From the NCBI GenBank assembly GCA_015063855.1, contig SVTI01000003.1:1-50793 (forward strand): a DNA stretch of 50,793 nucleotides, read 5' to 3'. The translations under genes and the position numbers were made by a program. Source of the DNA: Oscillospiraceae bacterium (GTDB lineage Bacteria > Bacillota > Clostridia > Oscillospirales > CAG-272). Positions 8,314-18,339 of this stretch are shown one piece after another. Each line of letters starts with the position of its first letter. Position 1 is the stretch's first letter. The notes under the pieces are model-generated. The model was not told the origin of the DNA and did not search any database. It saw nothing but the letters and a program-made list of their open reading frames with translations.

Positions 8314-11139
8314 TTATACTTCCTTAAACTTATTAACAGCATAACATGTATCACTTAACCACTTTTTATTTGTAAGTGTATTTGTAAATGAGATATTAGC
8401 TGTTTCTTTAGCTTTTACAGTTACGGTTCTTGAGGTTGCGGTAACCGCAGAAGCACCGTTTACCGATACCTTGACTGAGGCTTTTGCATATCTCCAGCTC
8501 CAATCTGTACGCTCTGATACCTTATAATTACCTACAGGAAGATCATTTATAGTGACAGAGCCATTACCGTAAACAATAACGGTCATATTGATTGATTTGG
8601 TAGCAGTGCTTGTTCCGACTACATCAAAGATGAATGCTTGATCTTCATCGGGAATACCGCCATTCTTGATAACGGTTTTTTTAATTGTAAGGTTACCTAA
8701 CTGAATAGCCAAAATAATGTCAAGCTCAAGAACAGGCTTGCCTGTATTACCGGGAGTGAGATCACTTGCGGTATAAACGAATTTGAAGCTTTCAAAGAGC
8801 TCTGTGTTAAAGTTGGTAAGATTTGTTAATCTGAACTTTGAAAGATCAGTTGAAGTTACCGTACCTGAGCCGGAAATTACAACATTTCTTCCGTCATAAA
8901 GGTTCGAGTCGGTAAGACCAAGTGTAATTTTAATTCTTTGATTGCCAAAATTAAAATTGGAAGCCTTAGTTATCACCTTGGAACCTGATGCAGTATCCTT
9001 GGTAGTTGTGGAGGGCAAATAAAAATCATCATTAGGACCGCAATTGGTAAATCTGACTGTTCCGCCAAGATAGAAGACACCGTCCTGATATACTGCGCCT
9101 CCTATAGGTGCGTTGCAGTTAGAAATAATACCTCCGGACATATCAACGGTACCGCCTATATTATTATATATCGCACCGCCCTGATTCGCCGAACAGTTAT
9201 CGATGAGGCCGGAAACAAAGTAGAAAGCACCCTGTGTTACGGCAATGGCACCTCCGTTACCTTTAGCGCCTGCAGTACAGTTAACGATCTCAGCGCCGTT
9301 AAGGTAGGTAAATCCAACATTACATACAGAGCCGCCGTATTCAAGATTACCTCTGATAAGAGTAAAGTTTGAATTTAGATGTGCTGTACCATAATTTTCT
9401 ATATGTCTAAGCTTATTATTGGTATCAAAGATAAGCTCACCGTATTCTTTGGAGGTATCATTTGAGCCGAAATTAACAACCATAGCATTGGTTGGATTGG
9501 AATTCGAGCCTATGATTATACCATTTATGATCTTACGGTTCCATGTAGCGGTACAGCTTGAACCGGCTCTGGCGTCATTCTTTCCGCCGGGCTTTTCTCC
9601 CTTATAGGAAGAACGGATAGTTAGATTGTGAGGAATATTAACTGTGTATGCCTCGTTTGTGCTGTTATAAAATACCAGCTCATCATTATTTCTTGATGAA
9701 TTAACAGCATCATAAAGTGTAAAATACCATTTATTGAGCTGAATATTATATACAGATGCGATCTCAAAACGTATAACAGGATATGGGTCAGTGCTGTCTC
9801 CTGCATAATAGCTTACCGCCATTGAGTAAGAAAGATCCATTTCGTTCTGAATAATGATCTTATTTCTGTCGCTCTGAATAACAGGAGTTTTGATATCGGG
9901 CTGTCCGACTACAGGATTAGATTTATAACCTGAAGCGAGAATAATATCGCCGCTTCCCCACTTTTCAACGTCCTCAAGGAAAACAGACACGTTATTGATC
10001 TGATTGATGTTAGAACACCATTTACCGAGATAAGTACCGTATGCAAGATTTACTGAAAGCTTGTTATTATCAATATTCCATGTACCGAGTGCAGGGTTGG
10101 GCTCACGTAGACGAGTTACACCATAATCGGAGTCAACAGCCATTGCAAAATGGTGAATCTGTGTATTACCGACAAGCTCAAGAGCACCGCCATTAAGCTC
10201 AACCATGGGATAAACCTTATTCTCGGGATTCATAGTTGTAAGAAGTACACCTGTTCCCTTGTATCCTGCCTTATTAACGGGATCCGCAGCTATAGTGGTA
10301 TCCATTATGATGCAGCCGTCCGCGATCATAAGTCCGCCGTCTGCAACACGTATTGCAACAGGATTGGGATTTTCAGGACAATGAGCAGATGCATTATCTA
10401 TAAGAACATTGTTCTGCGCATAAAGATGTTTATCAAATCCGGTGTGGATATGAATCATTTCATCAGAATATCCGGGAGCACGCAATACCTGTACAGGTAC
10501 GAATGCAAAACCGGGCCAATGTGCAGAGAAATAATCCTGACCCCAGATCTCACCGTCAGTGGGGACATGATACATTTCGCAGATATAAATACGAATACCC
10601 TTTACATTATTGCCGAATACTCCAAGACCGATATTAAGAGTCGCCCATTCGAGAGCCTGCTCTATAGTGGTACAAATATAATCATGTGTCGCTTCGGGAG
10701 CACCCCAGTATGCAACGGGATTATAAACAGATGCTTCATTATCAAGCCAATATAGACCTGTTACATCATTACCTGAAGGATCCTTCTGTGTTGTATAGTA
10801 AAGAACACAGTAATCACCTGTAGCCTCAGAAATAATGGGTGAACCGAGACGGGTATCGTAAATATGATCCTCATCTACGCGTCCGCCTGCAAGATCTGTT
10901 ACAGAATCATCGGAAACGACCGAATCAATTTCGGCATCTTCATTATTCTTAGGTGTTACAGAGGACTCATTTGAAGTGTCATTTGAAGTATCATCTGTAG
11001 TGTCTGCTTCAGCAGGTAATGTTGTATCTGTAAGTAAAGCTTCTTCTTCGGTAACAAAAAGCTCCTCAGTAGCAAAAGACGGCATCAACATTACAAAGAG
11101 CATCAAGCAAACGAGGGAAAGTGCAAATAATCTTTTCAT
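8314..11139 (-). CDS. Large secreted adhesin-like protein (acidic stalk, GGA-repeat beta-helix, C-terminal pilin-like Ig domain)
   Basis: Signal peptide; D/T/S-rich N-terminus; repeated GGSV, GGAIAV, GGAIY and GGAVY motifs; C-terminal GNLTIKKTV...LPVGNYKVSE...ISFTN domain; no TM or LPXTG anchor. Confidence 0.75.
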   Translation of the reverse strand: MKRLFALSLVCLMLFVMLMPSFATEELFVTEEEALLTDTTLPAEADTTDDTSNDTSNESSVTPKNNEDAEIDSVVSDDSVTDLAGGRVDEDHIYDTRLGSPIISEATGDYCVLYYTTQKDPSGNDVTGLYWLDNEASVYNPVAYWGAPEATHDYICTTIEQALEWATLNIGLGVFGNNVKGIRIYICEMYHVPTDGEIWGQDYFSAHWPGFAFVPVQVLRAPGYSDEMIHIHTGFDKHLYAQNNVLIDNASAHCPENPNPVAIRVADGGLMIADGCIIMDTTIAADPVNKAGYKGTGVLLTTMNPENKVYPMVELNGGALELVGNTQIHHFAMAVDSDYGVTRLREPNPALGTWNIDNNKLSVNLAYGTYLGKWCSNINQINNVSVFLEDVEKWGSGDIILASGYKSNPVVGQPDIKTPVIQSDRNKIIIQNEMDLSYSMAVSYYAGDSTDPYPVIRFEIASVYNIQLNKWYFTLYDAVNSSRNNDELVFYNSTNEAYTVNIPHNLTIRSSYKGEKPGGKNDARAGSSCTATWNRKIINGIIIGSNSNPTNAMVVNFGSNDTSKEYGELIFDTNNKLRHIENYGTAHLNSNFTLIRGNLEYGGSVCNVGFTYLNGAEIVNCTAGAKGNGGAIAVTQGAFYFVSGLIDNCSANQGGAIYNNIGGTVDMSGGIISNCNAPIGGAVYQDGVFYLGGTVRFTNCGPNDDFYLPSTTTKDTASGSKVITKASNFNFGNQRIKITLGLTDSNLYDGRNVVISGSGTVTSTDLSKFRLTNLTNFNTELFESFKFVYTASDLTPGNTGKPVLELDIILAIQLGNLTIKKTVIKNGGIPDEDQAFIFDVVGTSTATKSINMTVIVYGNGSVTINDLPVGNYKVSERTDWSWRYAKASVKVSVNGASAVTATSRTVTVKAKETANISFTNTLTNKKWLSDTCYAVNKFKEV

Positions 11140-11153
11140 CTTCTCTTCCCTCC

Positions 11154-11735
11154 TTATTCAGCAGTAGGCCAGCCTTCGGCAGTCAATACGTCTTTTCCGT
11201 TATTGTCAGCCTGAACGCCTTCTGCGATAACGTCTATATCGATAGTACAATTCTTACAGGTAGTAAGCTCTTCTGAAATTATAACTTCGTCAATGATAGC
11301 ATCGGTAGAGTCACCTGTTTTTACAATATCCTTATAATAGAACCAACCGTCATCCTCTTCCTTGGTAAGCCAAGACGAAGAAGTTGCAGACTGTACGTAA
11401 ATATGCTCTTCGGGATAATCGACCTCATTACCCTCGCTATCCTTAACGGTTATAACATACTTACAGCGGATATAAGCATCAGCATCGTTATTCTGTACAG
11501 TTACAATTTTACTGATAGGGTCCTTTGAAGGTAATACCTTAATTTCATCCTCAGGATAATCAACAAGCTCTCCTTCGTCGTTAATCATTTTTTCAACGAT
11601 CTCGATATCGAAGCCGCCTGTTGTGATTACATTACGCGCAATTTTCTGTGCGGTAAAGTATGCGGCTGTACCTGTTGCGGCAATCGCAACAAGCAATACA
11701 GCCAATGCGAATACAAGGATCTTTCTTTTCCTCAC
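11154..11735 (-). CDS. SipW-cognate secreted protein (TasA/CalY-like subunit)
   Basis: GTG start; ATGTAA|YFTAQKIARNVITTG junction; AYIRC, DGWFYY and AEGVQA motifs. Confidence 0.85.
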   Translation of the reverse strand: MRKRKILVFALAVLLVAIAATGTAAYFTAQKIARNVITTGGFDIEIVEKMINDEGELVDYPEDEIKVLPSKDPISKIVTVQNNDADAYIRCKYVITVKDSEGNEVDYPEEHIYVQSATSSSWLTKEEDDGWFYYKDIVKTGDSTDAIIDEVIISEELTTCKNCTIDIDVIAEGVQADNNGKDVLTAEGWPTAE

Positions 11736-11771
11736 AATATCACATCTCCAATCTCAAGTTTTTTCTATCCG

Positions 11772-11953
11772 GGTCTCCCCCTTGGGAGACAATATCCAAA
11801 TGCAGGACATACAGGAATATCTCAATTACATATCAACCAAGCTTGACCTCATGGTGATAAGGATAACTACAAATAATCGGGATATCCTTGTATGCCCTGC
11901 ATCTGTATTTCAAGATGCAGGGTATAAGGAAGTCGGATTAACCGACGGATATT
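11772..11953 (-). promoter_or_regulatory. Structured intergenic RNA element with mutually exclusive stems
   Basis: 29-bp imperfect inverted repeat 11800-11828 / 11874-11902. A competing arm at 11913-11930 pairs with 11885-11904. Small flanking hairpins GTCTCCC/GGGAGAC and GTCGG/CCGAC. Confidence 0.6.
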
Positions 11954-11968
11954 CAAATTAAATACAAA

Positions 11969-12487
11969 TTAAGCGAGTTCAACAAGCATTGCTTCCCAAG
12001 CTTCAGCTGCAGTGGTAGCTGCATCGTCCTGAATAGCATAAGCTGTGAAGGAAAGAGTAGCCTGAGCTGCTGCGGAAACGTCAGAAACGTCAGAGTCAAC
12101 AGTTACCTGATTGTCCTGAAGTACAGGGTAAGCGGTCTCAGCTGCGTTTTCAATGTAGTAAACGCCTTCGTAACCGGGAACTGCGGTCCAGGTCTTCTCA
12201 ATGCTGTACTTAACGAATTCGGGAAGAGTGCTCTCTACCTTAACGAATACCCAGCATCCGCCGCCGTTGGACTGAACGGTAACAACAGGATCCTTAGCGA
12301 TAGTAGCGCCGGGCTCTACTACGTACTTATCAGTGGTCTCTGTAAGAGTGATTGCGATGCCTTCGCCAACTACGAATACGTTGTCGATGGTCTGAGTCTT
12401 AGCGTTAAGCCAAGCATAGGTGCCGCCGATAGCAGCTCCGAAAAGTAATACAACTGCGAGTACAAGTACTAATGTTCTCTTTTTCAT
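11969..12487 (-). CDS. SipW-cognate secreted protein (probable major fibre subunit)
   Basis: IGGTYA|WLNAKTQTIDNVFVVG junction; PGATIAKDPVVTV and TAYAIQ...AEAW motifs. Confidence 0.88.
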   Translation of the reverse strand: MKKRTLVLVLAVVLLFGAAIGGTYAWLNAKTQTIDNVFVVGEGIAITLTETTDKYVVEPGATIAKDPVVTVQSNGGGCWVFVKVESTLPEFVKYSIEKTWTAVPGYEGVYYIENAAETAYPVLQDNQVTVDSDVSDVSAAAQATLSFTAYAIQDDAATTAAEAWEAMLVELA

Positions 12488-12569
12488 TGTTCTTTCTCCT
12501 TAAATTTAATTAACAGGTATTCCTGTCAGAATTTTAAATAATTAAGCAATATAAACTTGACCTTTTATA

Positions 12570-13193
12570 TTACTTAGTGAATGCTGCCCATGCAGCGTCT
12601 GCATCTGCAAAACCAAATGCCTGGATCGCGTGACCCTCAACGTTGATCTGCATGTTGTCGAGATTCTTGAGCTCATTGCCCCAGATTTCGCCATCGAACT
12701 GAACATCAGTAAAGATAGGCTCGAGAACTACTGCAGCGTCGGGAGCAGCAACTGTAGAAGCATAACGATATTCATATACAACAGAAGTCATATCGTCAGC
12801 AACAGTCTTTGCGTTGAGTATCCACTTTTCATTATCCACACCCTTGAAGATGCCATCGAGCTTGTCGCCGAGATAGGTATCGTCAAGTGCATTTTCGAAC
12901 TTTACGGTAACCATCATACGAACATAGGACTCAAGGCTTCCCTCTTCAACTGTAACGGTAGGAGCCTTAGGATAAACTTCACCGGGAACGATGTCCTCAT
13001 AGGTCTGTCCGTAGGAACCGTCATCGTTTTCTTCTGCGCCTTCTTCGTCGATGGAGATATCAACGTTACCTACTGTAAATACGTTCTTTACTTCATCGCT
13101 GTCTGTAAAGTATGCTACTGTAAGTCCTACGCTGAGAGAAACGAGTAAAAGTGCGGATGCAGCAAGTAATAATACTTTCTTTCCTTTCTTCAT
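12570..13193 (-). CDS. SipW-cognate TasA-family protein (probable major fibre subunit)
   Basis: VGLTVA|YFTDSDEVKNVFTVGNVDI is a canonical SipW-class signal; IVPGEVYPKAPTVTV and GHAIQA...AAWAAF motifs. Confidence 0.9.
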   Translation of the reverse strand: MKKGKKVLLLAASALLLVSLSVGLTVAYFTDSDEVKNVFTVGNVDISIDEEGAEENDDGSYGQTYEDIVPGEVYPKAPTVTVEEGSLESYVRMMVTVKFENALDDTYLGDKLDGIFKGVDNEKWILNAKTVADDMTSVVYEYRYASTVAAPDAAVVLEPIFTDVQFDGEIWGNELKNLDNMQINVEGHAIQAFGFADADAAWAAFTK

Positions 13194-13247
13194 TTGATTA
13201 TAACCTCCTTCTTATAAATTTTAATTTAATTAAGCAGCCTCACGGCG

Positions 13248-13772
13248 TTACTTACTTTTTTTATTCTTTTTGTCATCGAATAATATATCGGGCAAAAAGA
13301 CTATAAACAGAACCACTGCACCGATGGCTATTGAAATATACAATCCGGGCGGATTCTGAATGAAATGAGACAAATAACCCAAAAGCGGAATTGAGAATAA
13401 GGGTTTTCCGATTATATTATTCTCATGAACCGGCTCACCGTCAGGTAATTTGTTTGCATCGCCCTGTGTTTCAAAGGCAAGCTTATCGGGGTCATTCTCA
13501 TCTGTTGTTATATTAATAATTCTGTGAGTTGCGACAGTTTCATCGGGAAGAACAAAGGTGATCGGATCTCCGACCTTAAGATCCTTTATGTCAGTTGATT
13601 TAACATATATAAGTGAACCGACATGGTATGTAGGCTCCATCGAGCCGGAAAGCACCGCGTATGGCTTGACACCGAACAGCCTAACTCCGGCTAATGCAAT
13701 CGCAAGCAACACTATTATAATTACTAAAATATTAGCGATAGTATTCCATATTTTCTTAATTTTGGTTGTCAT
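13248..13772 (-). CDS. sipW: Signal peptidase I, archaeal/ER-like SipW type
   Basis: VLSGSMEP catalytic Ser, ATHRI His, TQGDAN...D motif, N- and C-terminal TM helices, IPLLGY. Confidence 0.93.
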   Translation of the reverse strand: MTTKIKKIWNTIANILVIIIVLLAIALAGVRLFGVKPYAVLSGSMEPTYHVGSLIYVKSTDIKDLKVGDPITFVLPDETVATHRIINITTDENDPDKLAFETQGDANKLPDGEPVHENNIIGKPLFSIPLLGYLSHFIQNPPGLYISIAIGAVVLFIVFLPDILFDDKKNKKSK

Positions 13773-13834
13773 TATTACCTCAAAAATTCTGAAACGGATT
13801 ATTTATTAATAATCTGTTTCAAAATTACGTATAA

Positions 13835-13863
13835 ATTATAGCACAATATTTTTAATATTGCAA
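13835..13863 (-). promoter_or_regulatory. sigmaA-type promoter of the sipW operon
   Basis: Minus strand TTGCAA-17 nt-TATAAT with a TG extension. Confidence 0.7.
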
Positions 13864-13926
13864 TAGTTTTTTAATATTTTTTCACAATAAATTCCATTTG
13901 TGCGAAAAAATATTAAGATTAAATCA

Positions 13927-15201
13927 TTATTTGATGAAATCAAACTCGAAGTCATAAATGCTTACTGTATCCCCGTCACCGCATCCCTTTTCTTCAAGCT
14001 TTTCGATAACACCAGAGTTCTTAAGAACACGCTGGAAGTAGGTAAGCGATTCTCTGTCATCAAAGTTTACAGAGCCCATAACCTTATATAACCAATCAGC
14101 CTCAACGACATAAACACCGTTTTCATTTCGTATTTCAACGTCACGGTTCCCGTCATCGAACACCTCCGGCTCAACGTAGGTACTTTCGAATACTTGCGTG
14201 GGAGGAAGAAGAGAGAGTCTATCCCATACCATAGAAATGAGTTTGTCGATATTATCACGCGTAACAGCGGAAACATATATAAGCTCCCAGCCGTTATCGC
14301 GGACATATTCTTCAAACTCCTCGATGTCTACAAGCTCCTCGTCGATCATATCAGCCTTATTGGCGCAGATGATCTGAGGACGGTCTGCTAATGCTTCACT
14401 GTAGGTAACAAGCTCATTATTAATAAGCTCGATATCATCGATCGGATCATTTCCGTTTAAGCCGGAAATATCAACGACATGAATGAGCAGACGGCATCTT
14501 TCGACATGACGTAAAAACTCGTGTCCGAGACCTGCACCTTCACTTGCACCCTCTATAAGTCCGGGAATATCTGCTGCTATAAAGCCTTCATTGTCTCTTA
14601 CCTTAACAACACCGAGGTTAGGAGAAAGGGTGGTAAAATTGTAATTACCGATCTTTGGTCTTGAGGCACTAATTACTGAAAGAATAGAAGATTTGCCGAC
14701 ATTTGGAAGTCCAACAAGTCCAACATCCGCAATCATTTTAAGCTCAAGGGCTATTTCCTTTTCATCACCCTTGATACCGCTTTTCGCAAATCGGGGGATT
14801 TGGCGGGTAGGAGTGGCGAAGTGCTTGTTACCCCAGCCCCCGCGTCCTCCTCTGCAGACAACAAATTCGTCACAATCGGACATATCCTTGATGATAGCAC
14901 CCGTTTCGGCATCCTTGATAAGCGTTCCTCTGGGAACGAGGAGAATAAGATCCTCTCCGTTCGCACCGTGCCACTTACTGCCTCTTCCGTCGCCGCCGCT
15001 CTGAGCAACGAATTTTCTTCTGTACTTATAATAAAGAAGTGTTGTGGCTCCGTCATCAACCTTAAAGATTATAGAACCGCCGTTGCCACCGTCGCCGCCG
15101 TCGGGACCACCCTTTGCAACGTATTTTTCACGGTGGAATGAAACGCAACCGTTTCCTCCGTCACCTGCTTTACAATAAATTTTTACTCTGTCAAATATCA
15201 T
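13927..15201 (-). CDS. obgE: GTPase ObgE/CgtA
   Basis: Gly-rich Obg domain (GGPDGGDGG), GLPNVGKS, DIPGLIEGA, NKAD and the Firmicute C-terminal domain. Confidence 0.97.
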   Translation of the reverse strand: MIFDRVKIYCKAGDGGNGCVSFHREKYVAKGGPDGGDGGNGGSIIFKVDDGATTLLYYKYRRKFVAQSGGDGRGSKWHGANGEDLILLVPRGTLIKDAETGAIIKDMSDCDEFVVCRGGRGGWGNKHFATPTRQIPRFAKSGIKGDEKEIALELKMIADVGLVGLPNVGKSSILSVISASRPKIGNYNFTTLSPNLGVVKVRDNEGFIAADIPGLIEGASEGAGLGHEFLRHVERCRLLIHVVDISGLNGNDPIDDIELINNELVTYSEALADRPQIICANKADMIDEELVDIEEFEEYVRDNGWELIYVSAVTRDNIDKLISMVWDRLSLLPPTQVFESTYVEPEVFDDGNRDVEIRNENGVYVVEADWLYKVMGSVNFDDRESLTYFQRVLKNSGVIEKLEEKGCGDGDTVSIYDFEFDFIK

Positions 15202-15202
15202 A

Positions 15203-17167
<1,965 letters not shown>

Positions 17168-17193
17168 TTATACTACTCCAATCTTAATAATTA

Positions 17194-17222
17194 ATTATAG
17201 CATATTATTATTTATTTTTCAA
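17194..17222 (-). promoter_or_regulatory. sigmaA-type promoter of ligA-obgE
   Basis: Minus strand TTGAAA-17 nt-TATAAT with a TG extension. Confidence 0.6.
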
Positions 17223-17242
17223 GTAAAATTATTCATTAAATG

Positions 17243-17279
17243 AAACAAGAAAACAGGCACTAATGCCTGTTTTCTGTTT
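17243..17279 (-). terminator. Terminator closing the phage-like leftward operon
   Basis: AGAAAACAGGCA-CTAA-TGCCTGTTTTCT stem at the stop codon of the 68-aa ORF. Confidence 0.75.
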
Positions 17280-17484
17280 ATTCAGGATATTTTTCCATCA
17301 AGGTCTTAAATAGCCGGCACCTTGAGTAATCCTTTCTGCAATAGGTATTTTTAAATTTGTTTGTGCTTCGTTTAAAGGTGATCCTGTTATAAGTACAGTC
17401 ATATAACCCTTCGCATACAATAACACCATAGCCGTCCTTGTGATAAAAGGGACATTTTACATAAGCGTCCTCTGAATATTTCAT
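17278..17484 (-). CDS. Small Cys-rich hypothetical protein (phage-like, putative Zn binding)
   Basis: 68 aa with a CPFY...CEG...YC...C pattern; overlaps the upstream stop codon (TAATG coupling). Confidence 0.7.
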   Translation of the reverse strand: MKYSEDAYVKCPFYHKDGYGVIVCEGLYDCTYNRITFKRSTNKFKNTYCRKDYSRCRLFKTLMEKYPE

Positions 17485-17843
17485 TATACAAAAACGTAAT
17501 CACGGAAATACAGTGTATCATTTAAACCGAAGATCTTCTTTGCGGCAATTTCTAACGGAGCCTCAAATTTTGAATTTGTACGATTCTTTTTAAACTGTCC
17601 GCAACGCTGTATATTTCCTTCAATTAATATTCTCTGGTCGCGATATATTGAACTTTCTGCAATCAGTGCCAAGTTGCCCCATACAGTAACATCAAATATA
17701 TCGTCGTGATTTTTTACCCTGTTATGCAACCTGAAATTTAATATTGGAGTTTTATCAGATGTATAACTGAGATCAGATATATACTCAACGGTACCCGATA
17801 CGATTATCTTATTGTAATCATAATTCTGTATCGACATCTTCAT
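17484..17843 (-). CDS. Single-stranded DNA-binding (OB-fold) family protein lacking an acidic tail
   Basis: NKIIVSG...DIFDVTVWGNLA...RILIEGNIQ matches the SSB pattern. Start moved to ATG 17843 behind GAGGAGG. Confidence 0.72.
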   Translation of the reverse strand: MKMSIQNYDYNKIIVSGTVEYISDLSYTSDKTPILNFRLHNRVKNHDDIFDVTVWGNLALIAESSIYRDQRILIEGNIQRCGQFKKNRTNSKFEAPLEIAAKKIFGLNDTLYFRDYVFV

Positions 17844-17922
17844 TATCCTCCTCTTTTTTATTGTAACAAAAACCGCATGCATCACATTCGCCGTAAGCAT
17901 ATAAACACATATAAGCCATCAT
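17818..17922 (-). CDS. Unannotated 34-aa Cys-rich peptide MMAYMCLYAYGECDACGFCYNKKEEDNEDVDTEL
   Basis: Translated by hand; GAGAGG RBS; fills the gap between the cro-like and ssb-like genes; C-x6-C-x2-C-x2-C pattern. Confidence 0.6.
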   Translation of the reverse strand: MMAYMCLYAYGECDACGFCYNKKEEDNEDVDTEL

Positions 17923-17954
17923 TTTACCTCTCTTTCATAAAATGTTTTTGTTAC

Positions 17955-18197
17955 TCAAAGTTTAAGATTTTCGTCAACAGTTGATTTAAAATCTACATAA
18001 TTTCCAAAAAAAATAATATAAACCAGTTCCCTTCCGAAAAGTTCACCTAATATATTAATTTCTCTTGATTTAAATTCGAGCAACCCGTGAAGTTTTAAAA
18101 AAAGAGTTAATCGGTTCATATACAGAATCGGCGCCAGATCTGCTATATGAACATTTTTGAATTTAATATAGTTTAAAAGTATTTTTCCTGCTTTCAT
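17955..18197 (-). CDS. Cro-like HTH protein (DUF739-like)
   Basis: 80 aa with IADLA..L.MNR.TL..KL.G..EFK..EI and IFF...VD..ST; divergent from an XRE repressor. Confidence 0.7.
   Translation of the reverse strand: MKAGKILLNYIKFKNVHIADLAPILYMNRLTLFLKLHGLLEFKSREINILGELFGRELVYIIFFGNYVDFKSTVDENLKL
17980..17996. promoter_or_regulatory. Operator-like 17-bp site inside the 3' end of the cro-like gene
   Basis: GTTGATTTAAAATCTAC, a near-palindrome matching the sites at 18214 and 18282. Confidence 0.65.
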
Positions 18198-18211
18198 AGA
18201 CCTAAACCATA

Positions 18212-18311
18212 ATGTTGATTAATAATCTACATAGATGATAACACTAAAATTAATATTTGTCAATAGGATTTCGCAAATTATGTTGATTTTTTTTCTACTT
18301 TTAGTTATAAT
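18212..18311. promoter_or_regulatory. Back-to-back promoters with two operator sites
   Basis: Leftward TTGACA (18263-18258)-17-TATCAT (18240-18235). Rightward TTGATT (18283-18288)-17-TATAAT (18306-18311). Operators GTTGATTAATAATCTAC at 18214-18230 and GTTGATTTTTTTTCTAC at 18282-18298. Confidence 0.75.
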
Positions 18312-18339
18312 ATACATATATGAGATAAGGAGTGTTATA

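Noticed and set aside
11623-11961. Plus-strand ORFs (112 aa and 65 aa) across the structured intergenic region
   Set aside because: They are antisense to the operon, overlap a real gene and have no recognisable features; the gap is better explained as RNA structure.
18235-18339. 35-aa hydrophobic N-terminal extension of the XRE repressor
   Set aside because: This stretch is the AT-rich promoter/operator region; the RBS supports ATG 18340.
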